In this document: positions 49,689-58,278 of the stretch, one piece after another | How positions within the stretch are numbered: position 1 is the first letter of the stretch | Layout of the letters: every line of letters starts with the position of its first letter | Source: a virus | DNA length: 64,000 bases | Strand: one strand, 5' to 3' | IMG/VR virus record: IMGVR_UViG_3300011390_000002 | Span: 3,719 to 67,718 of that record | The notes under the pieces: model-generated | What the model was told of the DNA's origin: nothing | Databases searched by the model: none | What the model saw: the letters and a program-made list of their open reading frames with translations, nothing else | Program-made: the position numbers and the translations under genes

Positions 49689-50021
49689 ATGTCTTTGCTT
49701 AAAAGTGTCCTGATTAAGTCGATTGGTGTTCCGGCTGATTTTCACACTGTGACCAACGTGACGCTGAACAAGAGCTCCGAAAACGCGAGTATCAACATCG
49801 CGAGCTATTACACCCAGGAGGTTTACGCCGCGGGCGCCCAAGCGCTCGCGCAGAGCACGATCCAGGTCAATGGGGCACCGGAAGCGAATCAAGATGTCTG
49901 GGCATTCGCCGACGCCGCACTGGCAAAAGCCGCCCCGGCCGGCACTGATCCGGCCGCGATCCTTGAGCAGTTTGCCGCGATCAATCCCTATGTGTTCGCC
50001 GGCGCGACTATCGTTAAATAA
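49689..50021 (+). CDS. tail-region protein, paralogue of 50605-50886
   Basis: AAGGAG RBS; shared motif pattern. Confidence 0.65.
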   Translation: MSLLKSVLIKSIGVPADFHTVTNVTLNKSSENASINIASYYTQEVYAAGAQALAQSTIQVNGAPEANQDVWAFADAALAKAAPAGTDPAAILEQFAAINPYVFAGATIVK

Positions 50022-50035
50022 CCGCAGAGGGTGCC

Positions 50036-50602
50036 GTGGTTTACGCGATCTACACCGTTTTGAACTTGCTTTTCACCGGGCTCGCCTACGTGCTGGCACC
50101 TTTTGTTGCGCTCTTCTGCAAGGACAACGGCTATCTACCACGCTGGCTGTCGTGGTTCCAGACCTTCGATGCGCCGCTCGATGTCGGTTGGCGAGACGGC
50201 TACTTCACGCCCAACGGTGTGCCGACCGAACGATCCTCGCTCTGGCTGTGGTGGATGCGAACTCGATGGCTATGGCGTAACCCCGCCTATGGGTTCGCCT
50301 ACTGGCCGCTGGGCGAGACATTTAACCCTGCGGAGTGGGTCGTCACGACGTTCGTCTCAGGCAAAGACTACACGCGCTTCCACGCGCGCACGGTAGACGG
50401 GCGGCTCTGGTGCGTCAGCTACGACGGCGCGTGGGGCTCGTGGAAGCTCGGGTGGAAGGCATGGAACTACTTCGAAGGCATGGACGAGCAGGGCGCACCG
50501 AAGTGGTCGAGCAAACCGTGGGGTCCGGAATGGCGCATTCCGCACAGCTTCACCCCGAACATTTTCAAGGGCATCGCGCGGCTCTTCTCGCATAAGGAAT
50601 AG
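50036..50602 (+). CDS. Trp-rich membrane-anchored phage protein
   Basis: LPRWLSWFQT.D..LD..WLWRNPAYGF..LGWK. Confidence 0.7.
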   Translation: MVYAIYTVLNLLFTGLAYVLAPFVALFCKDNGYLPRWLSWFQTFDAPLDVGWRDGYFTPNGVPTERSSLWLWWMRTRWLWRNPAYGFAYWPLGETFNPAEWVVTTFVSGKDYTRFHARTVDGRLWCVSYDGAWGSWKLGWKAWNYFEGMDEQGAPKWSSKPWGPEWRIPHSFTPNIFKGIARLFSHKE

Positions 50603-50604
50603 AC

Positions 50605-50886
50605 ATGCCAATCATTAAAGACCTGACGCTCGAGGCGACCGGTGGCAACGCAAGCTGTCACGTGGTTGGGTCCATCTCTCTCGATCTGTTGGCCAAGACC
50701 ACGATGGCGACGCTCATCAGCTTCGTGTCGGAAGACACCTATAAGGCAGGCAAGAACCCGGCAAGCTTCCAGCGAATCATCGCATCGGTCGAGGGATTGC
50801 CAGTAGACAACGAAGCGCCGCTTGCGTTCATCGAGGCGGAGCTTGTCAAGGCGGGAACATTTGCCGGCGGAAGCGTAGTAGCATAG
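50605..50886 (+). CDS. tail-region protein, paralogue of 49689-50021
   Basis: AAGGA RBS; shared motif pattern. Confidence 0.65.
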   Translation: MPIIKDLTLEATGGNASCHVVGSISLDLLAKTTMATLISFVSEDTYKAGKNPASFQRIIASVEGLPVDNEAPLAFIEAELVKAGTFAGGSVVA

Positions 50887-50982
50887 GCCGGGGTGCATGA
50901 ACAGTCAAAACTGACTTGCCATAAAGATCAGTTTTGGCCTATCATCTGGGCTACCCCTTTGCAAGCGATCGACAAAGGAATC

Positions 50983-51342
50983 ATGCAAATGAATACGGGA
51001 ACTGACGAAATGCCGGTCGATCTTGGAGTGCTCGAGGAGCAGGTAAACAACGTCCAAAAAGACGTTGGCGAAATCAAAGGGGCGCTCTCCCAGATCGCGA
51101 GCGCGATCACGAAACTTGCGGTGCTTGAGGACCGCCATCAGAACACGCTCGCGCGCGTCGATAAGCTCGAAACGCGTCTGCAGGCGAACGTCGACAAAAC
51201 CTCAGAACTCGAAAAAGCCCAGATCAAGGCGTTCGCAATGGCTGAAGGCGCAAGTCGCGCCATCAAGATCGTCTGGATGGTGATCGGCGCTGCCGTGGTG
51301 GCTGCTATCGGCAAATACGCGGTCGTCTCTTTCGTCCACTAA
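50983..51342 (+). CDS. coiled-coil plus C-terminal TM protein (lysis-region, XhlA-like)
   Basis: heptads then hydrophobic tail; start uncertain. Confidence 0.6.
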   Translation: MQMNTGTDEMPVDLGVLEEQVNNVQKDVGEIKGALSQIASAITKLAVLEDRHQNTLARVDKLETRLQANVDKTSELEKAQIKAFAMAEGASRAIKIVWMVIGAAVVAAIGKYAVVSFVH

Positions 51343-51365
51343 AACAGTCAATACTGATTATTATC

Positions 51366-51665
51366 ATGAAACACTGGTTTAAATCCTTCTTCGACCATCG
51401 CCTGTTCCTGCTGCTGCTGCCGGCCGCGGCCGTTCTCATGAGCGACCGTCCGGTGTTCTACAGCTTGCTGTTCTCGATCTCGGCGATCCTCTTCATCGTA
51501 GGCGTCGGTCACTGGCTGCGCCAAATGCAGATGCACTACATCTCGATGGGCGAGCTCGCCGGCAAGGCCAAAGAAACCTCGATCGGCGCGGCCACCGTGT
51601 TTTTTGCGACCGCTGCCTATAGCGCCGTGCTGGTGATATGCACGGTGTGGTGGGTGCGCGGCTGA
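51366..51665 (+). CDS. putative holin
   Basis: 99 aa, 3 TM segments, directly before the endolysin. Confidence 0.7.
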   Translation: MKHWFKSFFDHRLFLLLLPAAAVLMSDRPVFYSLLFSISAILFIVGVGHWLRQMQMHYISMGELAGKAKETSIGAATVFFATAAYSAVLVICTVWWVRG

Positions 51666-52279
51666 TGCTGCCCGCACTCGCGGCAGTTTATCTGCCCATC
51701 CTGGTCGCGCAAACGGCGGCGCTCTGGCCCACGATGCCAGCGCCGTCGATGCTTGCCGCTCAGGTCGAGCAGGAAACCTGCGTCTCGCTCAAGAGCAAGG
51801 GCTGCTGGAACCCCAAGACCGAACTCAAGACGGATCGGGAATACGGGTTTGGCCTCGGGCAGCTCACGATCACGCCAAAGTTCAACAACTTCGAGGCTGC
51901 GAAGACGTGGGACAAGTCGCTCGCAAGCTGGAAGTGGGAAGAGCGCTTCGACCCGAAGATGCAGCTCGGCGCGCTCGTCGCCTACGACCGCAACCTCTAT
52001 CGCCAGATCAACTACGGCAAGACCGATACCGACCGGCTCGCCTTCATGTTTTCAGCCTACAACGGCGGTCTCGGCGGGCTCGTCAAGGACCGGCAGGTCT
52101 GCCGTGCCACCGCCGGGTGCAATCCCGATGTGTGGTTCGGGCACGTGGAGAACACGAGCTTTCGCGCACGCACCGCCGTCAAGGGCTACGGGCAGTCCTT
52201 CTTCGATATCAACCGCGGCTACGTGAAGAACATCCTCATCGTGCGCCGGCCGCGCTATGAATTCCTGGACAAGAAATGA
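51665..52279 (+). CDS. endolysin, lytic transglycosylase (SLT)
   Basis: QVEQET..GLGQ..AYNGG; hydrophobic SAR-like N-terminus. Confidence 0.88.
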   Translation: MLPALAAVYLPILVAQTAALWPTMPAPSMLAAQVEQETCVSLKSKGCWNPKTELKTDREYGFGLGQLTITPKFNNFEAAKTWDKSLASWKWEERFDPKMQLGALVAYDRNLYRQINYGKTDTDRLAFMFSAYNGGLGGLVKDRQVCRATAGCNPDVWFGHVENTSFRARTAVKGYGQSFFDINRGYVKNILIVRRPRYEFLDKK

Positions 52280-52902
52280 AAACCCTTTTCAAGCAGATCG
52301 CATTCGCCGCTGTCGTCTTCGCTGCGGGCTTCGCCGCCGGCTTCTTCGCGCATGGCTCGAGCGCACTGAAGCAAGAGATCAAGGAAGTCCAGGCGGTTCG
52401 CCAGACCGACGCGGCCAGCGTGCAGAAGGCGCAGCAAACGAGCATCAAGGTCGAGGGGAAGGTGGCGCAAATCGCCTCGAACATCGACGCGAACAAGAGC
52501 CAGATCCACGACCGTGTATCGGCACAGATCAAACACCACGCCGCGGCAACGGCGCCTCACTCAACCTTTGACCCTACGGAGTATCACGATGAAACGACTT
52601 CCTCTGGCGCTTCGCGCTGCGGCGGCTTCGCTCTTGATGTTGGCACTGTGCGCATGCTCAACGCCAGTCGTCAAGGAGCCGCTTTTGATCGTGCCGGCGG
52701 CCTCGATGAAGCGGGCGACGCCGCTCCAGCCCTTTGCTTTACCGACTTCATCGACGCAGACCAAGACCTGACCAAGCTGTATCTGGACCTGTCCGAGCGT
52801 CACAACTCGCTCGTGCAGTCGGTCGAGGATTACCAGGCCGACCAGCGTAAGCGTCTCGGCATCAAAGACGATCCCGAAGCCACCGAAACACCCGCTCAGT
52901 AA
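52276..52902 (+). CDS. i-spanin (Rz-like)
   Basis: N-terminal TM and periplasmic coiled coil after endolysin. Confidence 0.8.
   Translation: MKTLFKQIAFAAVVFAAGFAAGFFAHGSSALKQEIKEVQAVRQTDAASVQKAQQTSIKVEGKVAQIASNIDANKSQIHDRVSAQIKHHAAATAPHSTFDPTEYHDETTSSGASRCGGFALDVGTVRMLNASRQGAAFDRAGGLDEAGDAAPALCFTDFIDADQDLTKLYLDLSERHNSLVQSVEDYQADQRKRLGIKDDPEATETPAQ
52589..52771 (+). CDS. o-spanin (Rz1-like lipoprotein) embedded in i-spanin
   Basis: GGAG RBS, MKRL..LLMLALCAC lipobox, Pro-rich, +1 frame. Confidence 0.8.
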   Translation: MKRLPLALRAAAASLLMLALCACSTPVVKEPLLIVPAASMKRATPLQPFALPTSSTQTKT

Positions 52903-52957
52903 TCCCGCCAACGGCCTGTCCCAACAGGCCGATTCCATATCCGCCAGGAAGACTCGA

Positions 52958-54259
52958 ATGCTGCAAGACCAATTCGTCATCACCTTCAACAACACGAAGC
53001 AGTTCCCGACCATTCAAGACGTTGCGCAGGAGCTCGGTCTGTCAGTCCAGACGGTCAAGAACAAAGCGGTCGCGCTGCGACGCACGAAGGAATACGCGGG
53101 CAAGATCATCAACCGCAACGGCGTCGAGCTGCCGATGTCGGAGAATGTGAACCGGATTACCGAAGCGACGCCTGAAGCGTGTATCGAGGCTTTGCGCACG
53201 TTCGCGCTGCTGAACCCGGAAAAGCCGGTCACGCGCAATTCGTTCCGCCTCTACGGGCCGCTTGCGGAGTCGGCCTGGAACTGCCACTTTGGATCCTTCC
53301 TCGAGTTCAAGCGCCAGGCGCAGCTTGAGCTCAACCGCCAGCAGCACACGCTTGAGCGTCAGATCGCCAAGCACGTGTCGGTCGATCACTACCGGCGCGC
53401 CAACGAAGACCGCCGCGATTGGGCCGATCGCTACACGCGCACGAACGCACGGCGCTTCAAGACGCTGCTGGTGTGCTCGGACCTCCACGACAAGGAGATT
53501 GACCTCTTCTACCTGCGCGTGCTGATCGACACAGCCAAGCGCGTGCAGCCGGACGTGATCGTGCTCAATGGCGACATTTTCGACCTGCCCGAGTTCGGCA
53601 AATACGGCGTGGACCCGCGCGAGTGGGACGTGACCGGCCGGATTCGCTTCACGCACGAGAACATCCTCGGCCCGCTGCGCCGCGCATGCCCGGGTTCGCA
53701 GATCGACTTCATTGAGGGCAATCACGAAGCGCGTCTGCTACGCCATATGAGCGACGCAACCCCAGCGCTTCGCTCGGTGCTCTCGGACCTGCACGGCATG
53801 ACTGTGAGCAAGCTCCTGGGCCTGGATCAGTTCCAGATCAACTACATCGCCAAAGCCGACCTGGCCGCTTTCACGAAGCGCGACTTCGAAAAGGAGCTAG
53901 CGAACAACTACAAAGTCTATTTCGAGACTGTCCTGTGCCACCACTTCCCGCACGCGCGAAACATGGGCCTGCCGGGTGTCAATGGCCACCATCACCGCCA
54001 TCAGGTCTGGTCGCACTTCAGCCCGATCTACGGCGCCTATGAGTGGCACCAGCTTGGCTCCGGCCACAAGCGCAGCGCCTCCTATTGCGAAGGCGAGCGC
54101 TGGCACAACGGCTTTGCACTGGTGAACGTGGACACAGCCACGCGGGCGAGCAACTTCGACTACATCGCCGTGACCGACTTCGCTGTATCGGGCGGCAAGT
54201 GGTATCACCGCGACGCTTCCGAAATGGACCACTCGATCATCAAATCCCTCATCCACTAA
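52958..54259 (+). CDS. calcineurin-like metallophosphoesterase with N-terminal HTH
   Basis: CSDLH, NGDIFD, EGNHE, GHHHRH. Confidence 0.85.
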   Translation: MLQDQFVITFNNTKQFPTIQDVAQELGLSVQTVKNKAVALRRTKEYAGKIINRNGVELPMSENVNRITEATPEACIEALRTFALLNPEKPVTRNSFRLYGPLAESAWNCHFGSFLEFKRQAQLELNRQQHTLERQIAKHVSVDHYRRANEDRRDWADRYTRTNARRFKTLLVCSDLHDKEIDLFYLRVLIDTAKRVQPDVIVLNGDIFDLPEFGKYGVDPREWDVTGRIRFTHENILGPLRRACPGSQIDFIEGNHEARLLRHMSDATPALRSVLSDLHGMTVSKLLGLDQFQINYIAKADLAAFTKRDFEKELANNYKVYFETVLCHHFPHARNMGLPGVNGHHHRHQVWSHFSPIYGAYEWHQLGSGHKRSASYCEGERWHNGFALVNVDTATRASNFDYIAVTDFAVSGGKWYHRDASEMDHSIIKSLIH

Positions 54260-54268
54260 GGAGCAGAC

Positions 54269-54535
54269 GTGAGCTGGCTTACAGACATCATCAGGGGCAC
54301 CTCGGTGCCTCAGATCGGGCGCGGAGGCGGCGCCTACACCATCGGCACGGTGGTGGACGCCAATGGCGAGCTTTTCAGCCTGGAGTCGTGCAAGAAGGAA
54401 TACGCCTATGACGGCGGAGACAACCTGACGAGCATCAAGGCGACCGAACCCGGCACGAACAAGGTCCGGGTGAAGACCTACACGCTCAGCGCCACGAACA
54501 AGCCTGCAACCGAAAGTGGGTGGGTGCCGCAATGA
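54269..54535 (+). CDS. small beta-rich protein coupled to SGNH gene
   Basis: AAGGAG RBS, GTG start; EYAYDG..LTSI..TYT..SGWV.Q. Confidence 0.6.
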   Translation: MSWLTDIIRGTSVPQIGRGGGAYTIGTVVDANGELFSLESCKKEYAYDGGDNLTSIKATEPGTNKVRVKTYTLSATNKPATESGWVPQ

Positions 54536-55848
54536 GCCTTGACTACGGTGATCTTCAGGTAGGGCTGGCGCTCGCAGGGATCAGCAAAGTCAAGGCGAGC
54601 GCGGCTCCGCGAGCGCTGGGCTTTTCCGCCTGGAACGCGAACGGCTTGCGTAGTGAGCCCGAGTTCAATGTGCGCATCCCGGTCTACTTCCCGTTTGGCG
54701 CCAAGTCGGTCGCCGCAGCGTTCGACGGCAACTATAACGGCGCGCCAAACGAGCCGCTGCTGCCGAACCCGGTGACGATCTCGGGCAAGCTCGAATACCC
54801 GGAGCGGGAGATTTACTCTTCGTTCACCTTCGGGCAGTCGCAGTCCGGCACGCTCATTCCGGGCGGCCAGTTGAAAACGGATGACGTGTTTATCGACATC
54901 CCGCCTGGCGCGACAGCCTGGTTTCAATACTATGGCAAGGTGCCGGCGGGCGGCAAATATCCGACGAACATCCTCGCCGGCGGCCAGTTCCCGGGACTCT
55001 ACGTGGACCACACCGCGGGCGTGGGCAACATCACGGGAGACCCGGACCACCAGTGGCCGTTCGTCTACGAGTTCGTGTTCTCCCACAGCGCGGTGGTGGG
55101 CGAGACGGCGACGGGCTCGAACCTGGCCATCGCGGGCTATGGCGACTCGATCATGGCGGGCACTGGTAGCAATCACCTGTCGCAAGGCTGGCTGGGCGTG
55201 ATTGTGGATGGCAAGTTCCCGCTGATGAACTTCGGATCTCCATCGGACGTGGGTCAGTATTTCCACGCGCGCGATGCACGGGCACGCCTCACCTTTTCGC
55301 GTCACGCTGATGTGGCGGTCTACGCGTATGGGATGAACGACTTTTTGCGCCAGTTGCCCGAGCAGAACCTCTACAACTCGGCGATGGAAGTGTCGGCAGC
55401 GCTCAAGCGGCGTGGGCTGCAGGTGTTCGCCGCGACGACACCACCCTCGACCACCTCGAGCGACGGCATGCTTACCGTGCAGGGCCAGGCGCCTGCGAAC
55501 CCGGCGTTTGCCATCGGCGGGGCGCATGCGCATTGGAATGCCTGGCTGCGAGACGGCGCGCCGATGAGCGGCTCGCTTGCGAAGGGGTTCGTCAACCAGC
55601 CCAGGGGCGTCTCGAGCATGGATGCGTTCCGGATTGGCGACCCGCGGCACCCGATTGCTTACCTGATCGACGTCGCTGCGTCGCTCGAAAGCTCGCCCGG
55701 CAGTGGTCTCTGGCGCGCGGCCGTTGGCGGCGATCCGGACAAGGTGTTTTCGTATGACGGCATCCATCCGGCGGACGCTGGCGTCGAGAGCATCCGGGTA
55801 GAGCAGGGTCCGGCACTGCTGGCCAAACTTGCGAGCCTCGCCCACTAG
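54532..55848 (+). CDS. SGNH/GDSL hydrolase (possible tailspike esterase)
   Basis: GDSI (block I), YGMND (block III), DGIHP (block V). Confidence 0.85.
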   Translation: MSLDYGDLQVGLALAGISKVKASAAPRALGFSAWNANGLRSEPEFNVRIPVYFPFGAKSVAAAFDGNYNGAPNEPLLPNPVTISGKLEYPEREIYSSFTFGQSQSGTLIPGGQLKTDDVFIDIPPGATAWFQYYGKVPAGGKYPTNILAGGQFPGLYVDHTAGVGNITGDPDHQWPFVYEFVFSHSAVVGETATGSNLAIAGYGDSIMAGTGSNHLSQGWLGVIVDGKFPLMNFGSPSDVGQYFHARDARARLTFSRHADVAVYAYGMNDFLRQLPEQNLYNSAMEVSAALKRRGLQVFAATTPPSTTSSDGMLTVQGQAPANPAFAIGGAHAHWNAWLRDGAPMSGSLAKGFVNQPRGVSSMDAFRIGDPRHPIAYLIDVAASLESSPGSGLWRAAVGGDPDKVFSYDGIHPADAGVESIRVEQGPALLAKLASLAH

Positions 55849-55923
55849 TCGGTCTTTCGTCTTTCGTAACAGTCATTATTGACTATATAATGAGGGCTCT
55901 TAGAACCGACCTAGGACGCCCTC

Positions 55924-56682
55924 ATGCCCCGCCAGAAGCAACCGCAGCAACGCCGTCAGAAGACCCGCACCGACCGTCGGCGCAATGAGGATCACAACGC
56001 ACATTACGACCCCGCCCCTGAGCTTGAGCAGCGCAAGGTGGTCAAACCCAGCTTTGACCCGATCCGCGCTCGCACAGATGCCCAGGAGCGCTACATCGCA
56101 TCCATCAAGGGTAAGACGATCACATTCGCGACTGGACCCGCTGGAACCGGCAAAACGTGGGTCTGCGCGTCCCTTGCCGCTGATGCTCTGCGCGAGAAGC
56201 GCATCGAGAAGATCATCGTGACGCGCCCGGCGGTCGAGGCCGGCGAGAGCTTGGGCTTTCTGCCTGGCGAAATGGAAGAAAAGTTCAGCCACTACCTCGT
56301 GCCGTTCGAAGAGGTGATGGTCGAGCGGCTTGGCACCGGCGCTTACGAGTATCACAAGCGCGTGGGCAACATCGAAGGCGCACCGCTTGCCTACATGCGC
56401 GGGCGCACGTTCCGCAACTCGATCGTCATACTCGATGAAGCTCAAAACACGACGCCCGAGCAGATGAAAATGTTCCTGACCCGGATCGGGGAGGGCTCAC
56501 GTCTGATCATAAACGGCGACACGGGGCAGGTCGATATCCGCGGCAAGTCCGGTCTCGCCGACGCAATCGACCGGGTGAGGTGGATTCCGACTGTCGGCCA
56601 CGTGCGCTTCGAAAAGAAGGATGTGGTGCGGCACGGGGTCATTCAGGAGATCCTCGAGAGCTACGAGCAGGCGGCCGCATGA
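55924..56682 (+). CDS. phoH: PhoH family ATPase
   Basis: GPAGTGKT, RPAVEAGE.LGFLPG, YMRGRTF, LDEAQN, GD..Q.D. Confidence 0.95.
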   Translation: MPRQKQPQQRRQKTRTDRRRNEDHNAHYDPAPELEQRKVVKPSFDPIRARTDAQERYIASIKGKTITFATGPAGTGKTWVCASLAADALREKRIEKIIVTRPAVEAGESLGFLPGEMEEKFSHYLVPFEEVMVERLGTGAYEYHKRVGNIEGAPLAYMRGRTFRNSIVILDEAQNTTPEQMKMFLTRIGEGSRLIINGDTGQVDIRGKSGLADAIDRVRWIPTVGHVRFEKKDVVRHGVIQEILESYEQAAA

Positions 56683-56897
56683 GCCACGAGACCGATCTGG
56701 CCAAGAAGATGCACGCGCGGGCTGAGGCTGATGGATTGGCGCCGGATCACGCGCTGCGGCTGCGGGCAGACGAGTTCGACGAAGCCGCGGTGGGCTATTA
56801 CGCGCAGCCGCAAACTTCGAGCGTCAAGCAGTTCATCGGCGCGTGGGCTCGAGCACGATCCGCCTGGTCGAGCTATAGCGGCGAGCCCTTGATTTAA
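56679..56897 (+). CDS. hypothetical protein
   Basis: overlaps the phoH stop; 72 aa. Confidence 0.65.
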   Translation: MSHETDLAKKMHARAEADGLAPDHALRLRADEFDEAAVGYYAQPQTSSVKQFIGAWARARSAWSSYSGEPLI

Positions 56898-57052
56898 GGC
56901 GCCGCGGTTGGAAACGGAGCGGTCTCGGTTGGGGCCGCTCCCTAGACCTGGGTTCCCGGGTCCGTGACTTGGGCTCCCAATGCGTTCCCGTTAGTTTTAA
57001 AGAATCTTAAGACTTAAATATAAATATTGTTGTTTTTAACGAGGCGGAGAGG

Positions 57053-57778
57053 ATGACCCAAACGATCATCGCGGAACCCAAGCTCAAGGAATGGTTTGGG
57101 GATTTTTACGGGCACGACCTGTCGTTCCTGCGCTGCGAAGTGGCGGCGATTGCGAACATTGACGGCAAGCTCCTGAAGCGCGAACCCGAGTTGCTCACGA
57201 CCAAGTGGTTCGACTATCGGCGCATGCACCCGACAAAGGCGACGTATCTCTTCGCGCAGTGCTACCTGAAGGCATATCAGGACTTCATGGTGACGACGCT
57301 CGACTACCAGCGCGGCAAATTCATGCGCCCATTCAAAGGGAGCGAAGACTTCATGCAAGCGAAGGAAAAGAAGGCGCTCTGGATGCTGCGGCAAACGGGA
57401 GATCAGCTCGGCATTCGATACAATTTTTTCCTGCGTTTCGCGATGAACTGGATGATGGCCCGGAACTGGCACCATGCGCCGCGCCCCTCGCACATCAACG
57501 CCAACGAAGAGATGTTGGCCGAGATGGTGATCGCGTGGGAGGAGGAGTGCCGCAACAGCCTGCAAATCTGTCAGGACGAGCGCTACTTGGCCGCCAACTG
57601 GTTTGGTCACGCCGACCAGATTGCCTACGAGCGGTTCCTCATCACCCAGATCAAGCAGCGGCGCCACGCACACTATTCGCTCGCCGCAGCCCTCTATACG
57701 CACGGCGTGCTGCGCATTGAGGCCGCGATCCAGAACTTCCCACCGGGGACACTCGATCAAGCGCTCAAATTAGCCTGA
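57053..57778 (+). CDS. conserved hypothetical protein heading the replication module
   Basis: GAGAGG RBS, 241 aa, after an AT-rich tract. Confidence 0.7.
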   Translation: MTQTIIAEPKLKEWFGDFYGHDLSFLRCEVAAIANIDGKLLKREPELLTTKWFDYRRMHPTKATYLFAQCYLKAYQDFMVTTLDYQRGKFMRPFKGSEDFMQAKEKKALWMLRQTGDQLGIRYNFFLRFAMNWMMARNWHHAPRPSHINANEEMLAEMVIAWEEECRNSLQICQDERYLAANWFGHADQIAYERFLITQIKQRRHAHYSLAAALYTHGVLRIEAAIQNFPPGTLDQALKLA

Positions 57779-57858
57779 GTATATCAGTCAATACTGACTA
57801 TAATGTGCATGTCAGTGTGACGTTTGATCTACCCATTTTCCCCGTGTTGGAGAGTTTC

Positions 57859-58278
57859 ATGACCCCCGAACAACTGCGCATCGAACAACAACGTGAAGGG
57901 CAGCGCCTGGCCCGCTGTGACGATGACGCGATTCCTAGCAGTCGCCCCCGTCTGACCACTCGGCCAGGCTATGAAAGCCCGAGCCGCGCGTCAGCGCCCC
58001 GCATGAGCCGTCCGAAACCCAAAGCGGCCCCGTCTGGCCACCAGGCTTTTCTGAAGGCGCTGCAGGACTCTGGCGCTGAGATTGTGGTGCACCTGCTGGA
58101 TGATGACGATGTGCTCACCGGCAAGATTCGCGCGGCCGACGCGTTCACGATCTCCCTGGAAGTGAAGGGCGACACCCACGTCATTTTCAAGCACGCGATC
58201 CAGCGCTTCAAGCCGCTCCCGCGTCCGCGAGTTCAGGCACAGACCCCGGTCGTTGATGAAATGGGTCTTGCAGCATGA
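57859..58278 (+). CDS. Hfq/LSm-fold protein with disordered N-terminal extension
   Basis: QAFLKAL..IVVHLL..LTGKIRAAD.FTI.L..HVIFKHAI matches the Hfq Sm1/Sm2 pattern. Confidence 0.75.
   Translation: MTPEQLRIEQQREGQRLARCDDDAIPSSRPRLTTRPGYESPSRASAPRMSRPKPKAAPSGHQAFLKALQDSGAEIVVHLLDDDDVLTGKIRAADAFTISLEVKGDTHVIFKHAIQRFKPLPRPRVQAQTPVVDEMGLAA

Noticed and set aside
45805-50886. Diversity-generating retroelement or invertible fibre cassette
   Set aside because: No reverse transcriptase, TR/VR pair, invertase or inverted crossover sites seen.
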